From positions 1 through 64,000 of the forward strand of contig JAUCBJ010007311.1 of assembly GCA_032718475.1 (NCBI GenBank): a DNA stretch of 64,000 nucleotides. The letters are read 5' to 3'. The number at the start of each line of letters is the position of its first letter. The first letter of the stretch is position 1. Both the position numbers and the translations under genes were made by a program. The notes beneath the pieces are model-generated. The model had not been told where the DNA came from, ran no database searches, and saw nothing but the letters and a program-made list of their open reading frames with translations. Below, in pieces: positions 55,201 through 64,000 of the stretch. The stretch is from Nemertoderma westbladi. Its lineage: Eukaryota > Animalia > Xenacoelomorpha.

Positions 55201-55270
55201 TGACGTCACCAACAGGGTTGCCGTAACAAACGGCTGAGATAAAAGCAACGACGGCCAGTAATCCGTACAT
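46034..55270 (-). CDS. Secreted alpha-carbonic anhydrase, full spliced model join(55270-55055,51339-51100,50612-50473,46250-46034), 270 aa
   Basis: Four exons (216+240+140+217=813 nt) join in frame through GT-AG introns (phases 0,0,2). Motifs occur in the expected order: signal peptide, RQSPIDI, NYGH, HFHWG, GSEH, EMH, GLAVVG, YYRYNGGLTTP, NVRPLQ. Confidence 0.93.
46514..50330. repeat. 36-bp minisatellite (~100 copies) in CA intron 3
   Basis: Monomer CAGATAGGAGTAGCGCCCACCCCTACCTTCGGGTAG; most copies carry the hairpin CTACC-TTCG-GGTAG; the first copies are the most divergent. Confidence 0.97.
47127..47353 (-). mobile_element. Internal fragment of a non-LTR retrotransposon (RTE-like) AP endonuclease
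   Basis: Translates ...ISNRIIRCHF...VVLIVCYSPTSVAPVEEVENFYHNLQAATDGVDQHAFLTFLG, matching the APE pattern YAPT...E.FY..LQ...I.GDFN. Interrupts the 36-bp array. Confidence 0.85.
50473..50612 (-). CDS. alpha-carbonic anhydrase coding exon 3
   Basis: Acceptor TTTCGCCGTAG|, donor AG|GTATAC. Translates ESDDNNEVIAPILGHAKELIDENSKVLLSEDVQLNKLLVGQDSQYY(R), leading into the YYRY.G motif. Confidence 0.9.
50690..51088 (-). mobile_element. 5'-truncated RTE-clade LINE 3' end in CA intron 2
   Basis: WTLTKSLEQRIDGCYTRLLRAALNISW...RRLRFSGHCWR...GKRSRGRP...MENREAW is a typical RTE ORF C-terminus. Stop at 50699-50701 is followed by a short TAGTAATAG tail. Confidence 0.9.
51100..51339 (-). CDS. alpha-carbonic anhydrase coding exon 2 (zinc-binding core)
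   Basis: Acceptor TCTCCCAG|, donor GAG|GTAAGT. Translates VQIGDESNYVDVIGGSLPGNYQAYNVHFHWGVGSNDGSEHDINGHKYVAEMHIVCKQKGLTMDQALEKPNGLAVVGFVFE. Confidence 0.96.
51497..54273. repeat. 25-bp minisatellite (~111 copies) in CA coding intron 1
   Basis: Monomer TACTGTCCTGTACTTACTGGGGTAT; stop-free on the + strand, which produces the spurious long ORFs. Confidence 0.98.
55055..55270 (-). CDS. alpha-carbonic anhydrase coding exon 1 (signal peptide + N-terminus)
   Basis: ATG at 55270. Translates MYGLLAVVAFISAVCYGNPVGDVIAYGEGHRQSPIDIVDADAESVCKLRPFLLPTICPSEGTYVQNYGHGIK; donor AAG|GTAAAG. Confidence 0.92.
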
Positions 55271-55330
55271 GATCAATTCGATTCGCAATCTACTGATGGT
55301 AATTTGTAAAACAAATGAATCTTTGTGAAT

Positions 55331-55640
55331 ATATATGATGTACCTGCACGGGAACTATATATATATGATGTACCTGCACGGGAACTATATATATATGATG
55401 TACCTGCACGGGAACTATATATATATGATGTACCTGCACGGGAACTATATATATATGATGTACCTGCACGGGAACTATATATATATGATGTACCTGCACG
55501 GGAACTATATATATATGATGTACCTGCACGGGAACTATATATATATGATGTACCTGCACGGGAACTATATATATATGATGTACCTGCACGGGAACTATAT
55601 ATATATGATGTACCTGCACGGGAACTATATATATATATAT
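55331..55640. repeat. 30-bp perfect tandem repeat x10
   Basis: ATATATGATGTACCTGCACGGGAACTATAT, 10 identical copies followed by a short (AT)n. Confidence 0.98.
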
Positions 55641-55880
55641 TCACTTGTCATAATACCCATCGACGAAGCTCAATACTATTTTTAACTTACATTTGTAACT
55701 GTAGACTGAGATTTATATCCAAACGGTCGGATTTGTAACCGAACTTTCGGATTTGTAACTAGACAGACGGATTTTGCTTTACACGGAATGAAAATTTTGT
55801 GTCCAAAACCTAATAACGGTTCCATATCTGTCAGCCCGACCCGCCACTATTCAATGATAATATCGTATGAATAAATTTTT

Positions 55881-55965
55881 ACTCACCTGAGTTATAATAT
55901 TATCTCGAACTAACTTTTTTATATTCTTTTAACGTAGTCTGGAGAGTTGATGATGTATGACTAAT
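55881..55965 (-). other. Putative non-coding first exon / 5' splice site of the CA gene
   Basis: Consensus donor CAG|GTGAGT (exon ends 55887) could pair with the CAG/TAG acceptor at 55290-55295 just upstream of the ATG. The 5' boundary is a guess. Confidence 0.45.
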
Positions 55966-56834
55966 TAGTTTATGTTTGCTGGGTTTGGATAATTTTATGC
56001 AACTAAATATGTTTGATCTTGAAAGGATAAGAAGAGCAGCCACCATGTGTTATTGCATTGCGCAATTGTCGGTTTTTTGAGTGAAATAAAGTGGATGATG
56101 TAATATTATGTACCTGGATGTATGCCATGACCAGGACCACCATGTTGTATCGCTCATCCATAGATGTAAGGTAAATGATGCGAATGATGTTTATGATAGT
56201 TGTTGTAAAACATCTGCCGTATTACCTACTTGAAATTATCCCAGATAAAATTTATAATACCGACAAGTGGTTCTTGATTGGCAGTATATTAGAGCTAGAA
56301 TAATTGAATACAACTCTCTACTGTAATACCGACATATAGTCCCAGATGTCGTGCTGATCAGTAACTGGCTTTGTATTGAAATGCAATGTAAGGTTTTTAA
56401 ATTATTTCTGAACACCGCGTTACTTTTACTTTAATAAAAGACCAAAAATTACATTACTCCCTGTACATTACATTACATTAAAATTAATTTCAACTTCGCT
56501 CTATCCAGGAGAAAAGTTATTCGTTTGTTTCTTTAAAATAAAATCAACATTCTTTTTCACGATGAGTTGCTGAGGTTTTTCTGAATGTTTAAATCCCTGA
56601 GTTGCCAGTGATTCATTCAAACTTCACTTCCTGGTAGTACTGGTTCCGGTAGACGTTGAATATGTGGTCTGTGTGATAGAACCAGTATGCCTAAACACCA
56701 GAAATTTAACGAATTCGGTTGCTGACTTAGGACACGTACAGGAGTCTAAGAACACCGTCGTTGAACTTTTGAAACTTTTAGGAAAATAATATGCCTTTTT
56801 CACTTCCATCGATATAATCTATTTTCTCCCCATC

Positions 56835-56914
56835 CATTGTTGCTATTGGTTCCATTGTTGCTATTGGTTCCATTGTTGCTATTGGTTCCATTGTTGCTAT
56901 TGGTTCCATTGTTG
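56835..56914. repeat. 18-bp tandem repeat, ~4.5 copies
   Basis: (CCATTGTTGCTATTGGTT)n. Confidence 0.9.
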
Positions 56915-57404
56915 CGTGTAATGTGCTTGATAATGAAATTATTACATGGTTAAGGCCGGAAAAATTGCACCACCGCGCCAATAATATTGTGGTACCGATC
57001 AGGGAGGTCGGATCCCCGATCGATGTAATTGTATAAAAATAATTAATTATAACATGGGAAAAAAGGTAGAAATTTTATAATATTTTCGAGTCATTGTATT
57101 TGCCGAGCGCTAGCGAGGTTATTAAAGGGCAAGATAATATTGAAAAAATATATATTTATTTTACAAAAAGGAGGTAACAATTTTTGTCCGACTTTTTTCC
57201 CCCGTTTTCGAGGAATAGTAAAGCATATTTTTTAAAGGCCGAAGGCGGAGAAAAAAATGCTAGCAGAATAGAGAGCCTCTTAACTACATAAACCAATATT
57301 GGATATTGAGTTATGTTATGGTGTACACAGCTCAGACATTAAGTTTGCAGTAAGTGTGCATGGATTTTGCTCAAGTGACAAATTAACCTTTTCTATTTCG
57401 ATGC

Positions 57405-57730
57405 GGGGCGAGTGACGAAAGTAAGCGAGTTTAGCATACAGGTACCACTAACTCAATCGGTGTGTCTGTTGTTCTGTTGATATGTGGGGCGAGCGACGAA
57501 AGTAAGCGAGTTTAGCATACAGGTACCACTAACTCAATCGGTGTGTCTGTTGTTCTGTTGATCTGTCGTTCTTTCGATCTGTTGTGTCCAATTTTAAACG
57601 TTACTCACTCAGCCAAATGTTAATGAAATTTAACCAAACTTGGTACACATGTAGCCTGGCCAAAGTTTAGAAATTTACCAAGTTGAATTTTCGCGTGGCC
57701 TTCGAGAAGCTAAGATAATAGCAGTTAATT
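57405..57730 (+). mobile_element. Probable HINE/DINE-1-like non-autonomous rolling-circle element fragment with an 81-bp tandem duplication
   Basis: 81-bp unit at 57405 and 57486, GTCTGT/TCTGT-rich tract, then TGAAATTTAACCAAACTTGGTACACATG. This motif order is recalled from DINE/HINE elements. Right boundary uncertain. Confidence 0.5.
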
Positions 57731-58525
57731 AGTTAATTAAGTTGATTAGGGTAAAAAAATCAATTTCAACCTGCCTCCTTAAAGGATATTATTTATTTTC
57801 TAGTATAAGATTTAAATAATTATACTTAAAAGTTATACAGCTGTAATCCCCATACACCATTCCATTATAGTTTTTAATTAGTTCAAGAGAATTGCTTTAA
57901 GAAATGTGTTTTTAATGTTAAACGTAATTAAGTTAAAATGCATTCCATCACTCTATACTTCCATACTTCCAGTCTCATCATTCCTTGGCATTCTTGATAT
58001 TGCCTAGATGGGAAACATTCCAAACATCCTTCCACTGATTAGCTAAATGATTTCGTTGAGGCATTGACATTATAAAGTAATATTTCAGTATCAATACTAT
58101 CGGCATAAGGTAAGTTTTAATAATTTTTACAAATTGGGTTGCCTCCGCACATAAAAATATATTTATTTTAAAACACTAATTTCCTGTTAACACCTCTGCT
58201 GCCTTTCATTAATCCTTTGTGCTCCTTTGCGGTTGGGGTGGTGCAGATTAAGATTTCCTCTCTTCTTTGATTTATTCTTATAGGCGGTTTGGTTAAATTT
58301 CTTATTTATTTATTTAAATTTCTTAAGTATCGATTTTGGGATAGAATTGCTCAATTTTAATCTGTATCTGATATCTGAGCCTCGTCCTGCGCGATGGCCC
58401 CACGAACGTGTTCATTTAACGCATGTAATTAAATTTAAGAAATTCCACCAAAAATATTTTACTTTACTTTTATGGCCGAGAGAAAGTAAAATCAGTGGTA
58501 TCCTATGGGTTGCTTTTTCCCCTAG

Positions 58526-58573
58526 GGAAGAAGTTCTCGTTTTTCTCCCGATGTGGTATATTCGAGCGAAAAG
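58526..58573 (+). CDS. Putative 48-nt exon of the CAP-domain gene
   Basis: Strong acceptor TTGCTTTTTCCCCTAG| and donor AAG|GTAAGA. Phase 1-1; reads (x)KKFSFFSRCGIFERK(G), in frame with the next exon. No family motif is recognisable. Confidence 0.5.
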
Positions 58574-58669
58574 GTAAGAAATTAAGAGTAAAAGTTAAAT
58601 CTTTATTCTTGAAAAATTTGTTATAAAAAATATGTTAATAATGCGGAATAATATATATTTATTATCCAG

Positions 58670-58801
58670 GCGAAAGCACCTCGGTAGTGGAGGATGAGGG
58701 GGGAAGATCTATAACCGGATACGAAGTGGCTGAATTATGGTACGCCGATATGGACAATTATGATTTCGATGTTGGAGATTATACAACAAAAGGAGAGGAT
58801 A
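58670..58801 (+). CDS. CAP/SCP-domain (GAPR-1/GLIPR2-like) protein, internal exon
   Basis: Acceptor TTATCCAG|, donor A|GTAAGT. Translates (G)ESTSVVEDEGGRSITGYEVAELWYADMDNYDFDVGDYTTKGED, matching the GENL...G.EV...WY.E...YDF pattern. Confidence 0.85.
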
Positions 58802-58996
58802 GTAAGTTGGAAGGGATAACGTTACGTAGCGAATGTTTTAATTTTAACAATGGGAAATTGAAATAAAATATCACACTTTAGACGAAATATCTAAATTTTA
58901 GCTTTACATGTTCTACTTGACATTCAGTTCTAGAATTATTTCCAGACTTTGGCAATTTCGTACAGTTTCTTCCTCGGAGGACAGATCGGAGGATCC

Positions 58997-59610
58997 AGAG
59001 CCGAGCTGCGGACTAAAGGGTATAGCGAGTCCACACTTTAATAGCCGCTCACAGAGGGATTCAGAGCAGAGCTGCTGACTAAAGGGTATAGCGAGTCCAC
59101 ACTTTAATAGCCGCTCACAGAGGGATTCAGAGCAGAGCTGCGGACTAAAGGGTATAGCGAGTCCACACTTTAATAGCCGCTCACAGAGGGATTCAGAGCC
59201 GAGCTGCGGACTAAAGGGTATAGCGAGTCCACACTTTAATAGCCGCTCACAGAGGGATTCAGAGCAGAGCTGCTGACTAAAGGGTATAGCGAGTCCACAC
59301 TTTAATAGCCGCTCACAGAGGGATTCAGAGCAGAGCTGCTGACTAAAGGGTATAGCGAGTCCACACTTTAATAGCCGCTCACAGGGGGATTCAGAGCAGA
59401 GCTGCTGACTAAAGGGTATAGCGAGTCCACACTTTAATAGCCGCTCACAGAGGGATTCAGAGCAGAGCTGCGGACTAAAGGGTATAGCGAGTCCACACTT
59501 TAATAGCCGCTCACAGAGGGATTCAGAGCCGAGCTGCGGACTAAAGGGTATAGCGAGTCCACACTTTAATAGCCGCTCACAGAGGGATTCAGAGCCGAGC
59601 TGCGGACTAA
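58997..59610. repeat. 66-bp minisatellite, ~9.3 copies (CAP intron)
   Basis: AGAGCCGAGCTGCGGACTAAAGGGTATAGCGAGTCCACACTTTAATAGCCGCTCACAGAGGGATTC, near-identical copies. Confidence 0.97.
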
Positions 59611-60603
59611 ACACCTTCACAGATCGCGATTGGCCACACCCACTATGATGTATCGCCGGCCGACTGGCCCCACAACCCAACACCTCCACAGATCGTGATC
59701 AGCCACACCCACTATGATGCATTGCCGGCAGACCTGCCCCGCAACCCAACACCTCCACAGATCGTGATCAGCCACACCCACTATGATGCATCACCGGCCG
59801 ACCGCCCCCCCCCCCAACCCAACACCTCCACAGATCGCGATCAGTCACACCCACTACGATGCATCGCCGGCCGACTGGCCCCACAACCCAACACCTCTAG
59901 ATGGCGATTGGCCACACGCACTACGATGCTTCGCCAGCCGACTGGCCCCACAACCCAACACCTCCACAGATCGCGATCGGCCACACCCACTACGATGCAT
60001 CGCCGACCGACTGGCCCCACAACCCAACACCTCTAGATGGCGATTGGCCACACGCACTACAATGCATCGCCGGCCGACTGGCCCCACAACCCCACACCTC
60101 CACAGATGGCGATCGGCCACACCCACTGTGATGCATCACCAACCGACTTTCCCCACAACCCAACACCTCCACAGATCGTGATCAGCCACACCCACTATGA
60201 TGCATCACCGGCCGACCGCCCCCCCCCCAACCCAACACCTCCACAGATCGCGATCGGCCACACCCACTACGATGCATCGCCGACCGACTGGCCCCACAAC
60301 CCAACACCTCCACAGATGGCGATCAGCCACACCCACTACGATGCATCGCCGACCGACTGGCCCCACAACCCCACACCTCCACAGATGGCGATCGGCCACA
60401 CCCACTGTGATGCATCACCAACCGACTTTCCCCACAACCCAACACCTCCACAGATCGTGATCAGCCACACCCACTATGATGCATCACCGGCCGACCGCCG
60501 CCCCCCCCATAACCCAACACATCCATAGATCGCGATCAGCCACACCCACTACGATGCATCGCCAGCCGACCGGCCCCGCAACCCAACACCTCCACAGATC
60601 GCA
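59611..60603. repeat. 69-bp C-rich minisatellite, ~14 copies (CAP intron)
   Basis: ACACCTCCACAGATCGCGATCGGCCACACCCACTACGATGCATCGCCGGCCGACTGGCCCCACAACCCA, more diverged than the adjoining 66-bp array. Confidence 0.96.
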
Positions 60604-60987
60604 ATCACCACATAACTCCCCAATTAATCTCCATTACCTAGCTGCTTTTCTCTCGCCAGTTTGTTGCCATAGAACCTGCACAGACTGATAAGTTCTACAA
60701 AAGCCGATAATTCTGACCCGTAGTGTCTGCGGCGGGCTGCTGGGCTATATGGTGATTATCCGTCACTACCAATATTATTCTTCTAGTGAGGCAGAAATAT
60801 AAGACCACGCTGCCAATGATTACAGAGTTCATTATTGTTACTATTTTGAAATAGATAATTATACTTTATAGAAATATCTTTGTATTTGAAAGATCTTTGT
60901 AGAAAATAACATTATATTATTAAAACTATGTATTAAGAAATAAAGAATAAAGTAGAAAATAACATTATTTGATTAAATTCTCTACAG

Positions 60988-61193
60988 CGGGCCAGTTCGC
61001 CCAGATGGTGTGGGCCTCTACCCGAGAATTCGGTATCACCAAACACAAACCGGGCGACGGTAGAGAGATCATAGTGGCCAACTTCTCTCCTGCTGGTTGC
61101 GGCCCCAACGATAACTTTAAGGATAATATCAGAGATGTAGTCAACCATGACGTCGGTCTGCATGAGGTTGATGAGGATTCCGGAGATGATTGA
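60988..61193 (+). CDS. CAP/SCP-domain (GAPR-1/GLIPR2-like) protein, terminal exon
   Basis: Acceptor TTCTCTACAG|. Translates (T)GQFAQMVWASTREFGITKHKPGDGREIIVANFSPAGCGPNDNFKDNIRDVVNHDVGLHEVDEDSGDD*, matching GHFTQ.VW..T..G and VVANY.PAGN...F..NV. Confidence 0.88.
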
Positions 61194-61221
61194 GGAGAAG
61201 TGGAGAAAATCTATCCGCAAT

Positions 61222-61227
61222 AATAAA
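61222..61227 (+). promoter_or_regulatory. Candidate polyadenylation signal of the CAP gene
   Basis: AATAAA about 30 nt after the stop codon. Confidence 0.45.
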
Positions 61228-61513
61228 ATGTATGACTCGAATAATTGTCATTGTCACTTTCCACTGGTTTTGCTTTGGTAACAACCTATCATTGAATTTG
61301 GTTAATACCAAATTGTTACCTACAATACTCAATTATCAATAGGTGTGAAACATGTACGCAACATGTTGATAACTTGATGACCTGTTTAATTCAATACTCA
61401 TTCATTCCCTATCAATACCGGTACTATATATTATCTATTCTGTAGTAATTGAAGTTGTTAAATTGAAGAATTTAACAATAAAACAACATAATATTAGTTT
61501 TTGTATTACGATA

Positions 61514-61565
61514 GAGGGGGAGGGGGTGGGTGGTGGTGGTGAGGGGGGGGGGGGGGGGGGGGGGT
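61514..61565. repeat. G-rich tract with a 22-nt poly(G) run
   Basis: Short G-tracts and (GGT)n followed by G22 at 61543-61564. Confidence 0.9.
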
Positions 61566-62335
61566 GAATGCTAATTCAATCTGGGTGAATTAATATATTG
61601 TCTCTTTGAATTGACAATGTTAATTGCCAATTAAGGGAAGGAGCCGGTTAGAGTGACATGTTATTATAACCATTAAAACAGGTTACAGTTTTTGTAACGT
61701 TTTAGTAAATCAGCTGTTATTCACGTGGATTATCCTCTGGAGGGGGGTAACTCCCCCTTACTTTCTAAACTTCTGTTTCTCGTTTCAATATCTCACAGAA
61801 ACATCTAGAATACTGATATTTTCTATTATTATACATTTTATACATTATTTAATATTATTTATTGATATTGATATTATTTGTCAATGCGGGAAAATGTTAA
61901 TCGCCTTCATATCACCCAGGAAAACCATTTTGATTGTTAGCGGATCCAATCCGCTGCACCACCTAGCGGAAAATGAGGAAAGTCGTGATTTACCAATTAC
62001 GATTAGATATGCAATATTACATACCAGAGGGAACGAGGCAATATACACTGCTAGCTAGAGAGAGATGCCAATACATCTCAGGGGGAACCCAACACAGGGC
62101 CAGGAAAGACAGGGAGTGGCTAGGGGAGGTAAACCAACCAATAGTGGGGCAATACACCATCAATTAGCGCGTATCTATTGGTAGGTCAGTACAGTAAGCA
62201 ATGTGTGTAACCTAAGTGTAATGTCAATATAACTGTTACCTCAGTCTTACCTCAGAACATCTGATATATGGTGACTCAGAAGAATTATATAATTTTCTTG
62301 CAGTCCTATATAACTCCATAAACAAGTCACACCAC

Positions 62336-63748
62336 ATGCCTACAACTTTATGTTTAACTCTCATTCTTCCACACCTCAAACCAGGAAATAGAGATATACA
62401 TACCAACGAGAATTACCGTGCTATCTCGGTGATGCCAATATTAACTAAAATATGGGAGATCCTAATAGTGAATGAAATAAAAAAGATCAGATTTAGTGAT
62501 CTTCAAATGGGCTACAGAAGTGGACAAAGCACAGAGTTGCCACACATCCTAGCAAACAGATTAACAAAACATTTCAATTCCCATGGATCAAACGTGTATA
62601 TTATATCCCTAGACCTTTCATCAGCTTTTGACACTGTATCTTACAAGACCCTCGTCGACAAATTGGAGAACACCAACATCGACAAATCAATCCTTCTAAC
62701 TTTATCATCTTATTACTACCAGTCAAAAGCATTTATAGCCCTGAATAACATTATATCCAGACAATTTATTGTGTTAAAGCAGGGAGTGCGCCAGGGAGGG
62801 ATCATCTCTGCATTCCTCTTTAATTTTTACATGCGAGACCTAGTCGAAGAACTCGAACAATCCGGGAAAGGACTGCACTTAAATAAAATATAATTTCCAA
62901 TGCTGACATATGCGGATGATTTAATTATTATGGCTAACCTCAAAAACGACGCACAGTTCTTGCTAACTACTTGTGAAAGTTATTTCAAAAAGCACAACCT
63001 GAGATTAAATTTGAGAAAAACATGGTTTGTCACAAGCTACACGAAACATAAGATCCCATCTGGAATGATTCCACGTAAAGATGAACAAGTGTACCTGGAG
63101 AGTGGCACTGCTATCATTCAATCGAATTTTATTTCTTTCTTGGGTCTTCCTCTACCAGCAGAAAACTGGAAGTTAAGAGACCATTACACCAAGCGCATAT
63201 GGGGAAATCTGCACCAATTACAGAAGAATGGGTTTGGAGCTGACAGTGTTCCATTTGATATTACTAGACTAATATGGAATACGGTCTGCTTACCATCAGC
63301 ACTTTATGGATGTGCTTGCATTCCAAGTAACATTATAGAAGATATTAAAATAACCTGGTATAAAGCACTGAGAAGCATACTATCTGTCAAAAACTATGTA
63401 TCCAACCAAACAATAGATAGTACATTCCTCATTACAAATTTCGAATTTCTTCTAAAGTCAGCAAGTCTTCGCTCTAATTACAGCGCATTCAATTCTAATA
63501 CCAAGGGGATCTATCTCTCTTATTACTTCCTTTCTCACCACATAGCGGGAATATCGAAAGATTTAATGCTACAAGATTACAGCAGATACGCATTTCAACT
63601 TGGAATTCCATCGCTAGAAGCGCTCTCAATTAATCAATACAAAATTAAACAGATCATTTATCAGAAAAAACAAGAAGGAAAACACGACTTAATTAACACA
63701 CGTTTCAGCATTCACTTTGACGCACTATATGCAGGTAGTTTTAAATAA
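62336..63748 (+). mobile_element. 5'-truncated non-LTR retrotransposon reverse transcriptase, disrupted by one in-frame stop
   Basis: Motifs NYRAIS, QMGYR, LDLSSAFDTV, GVRQGGIIS, YADDL, LNLRKT, LYG. ORFs 62336-62893 and 62900-63748 share a frame and are separated by TAA at 62891-62893. Clade not resolved. Confidence 0.93.
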
Positions 63749-64000
63749 ACCCAAGTATAATTTCAACGTAAAACATGACGTGTTAGTTGAATATTTTCAA
63801 CCCAGGTGGCAAATAGTTTAGAAGCAACACATACACTGGTGTGGTACTTAGGAAAAACAATAATAGATTGGAGAATTAGAATTCCGACCACGATCTTGGG
63901 ACAAAAATAATATATATTATATTCTGCAACCCTAAATATTTTATTCTATCGATAGAGCAAAGTATGTATAGTATAATATTCTGCTGTTTTATGTGTTTTG

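Noticed and set aside
55273-55738. Four overlapping ORFs with 10-aa periodicity
   Set aside because: They are artefacts of the perfect 30-bp repeat.
56624-56981. Two short minus-strand ORFs (MEPIAT repeats)
   Set aside because: They have no recognisable domain and are partly generated by an 18-bp repeat.
57266-58109. Candidate 5' exons of the CAP gene (donors near 57350 and 58110)
   Set aside because: GTAAGT donors exist, but no frame gives a convincing HN.YR..H motif with compatible phase.
58913-60688. Many ORFs with 22- or 23-aa periodicity as host genes
   Set aside because: They overlap in several frames on both strands, contain stops and frameshifts among copies, and lie within the CAP intron.

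Overview
Eukaryotic DNA, most likely from an invertebrate animal. The first ~44.1 kb is one 46-bp satellite array (~955 monomers) with nested multi-kb block duplications. The remaining 20 kb holds two intron-containing genes that the ORF track largely misses. One is an apparently intact, secreted alpha-carbonic anhydrase on the minus strand (4 coding exons, 55270->46034, 270 aa, all three Zn-binding His present, unusual cysteine pattern). The other is the 3' part of a divergently oriented GAPR-1/GLIPR2-like CAP-domain gene on the plus strand with a degenerate His/Glu tetrad. Nearly every large intron is filled by a different repeat: 36-, 25-, 30-, 66- and 69-bp minisatellites, a tRNA-derived SINE whose internal segment has expanded into a 3.8-kb hairpin array, and RTE-type LINE fragments. 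Also present are a foldback/MULE-like MITE, a probable HINE/DINE-like fragment and a 5'-truncated LINE RT with one premature stop. Most long ORFs in the track are repeat artefacts. No CRISPR array, rRNA or true tRNA gene is supported.
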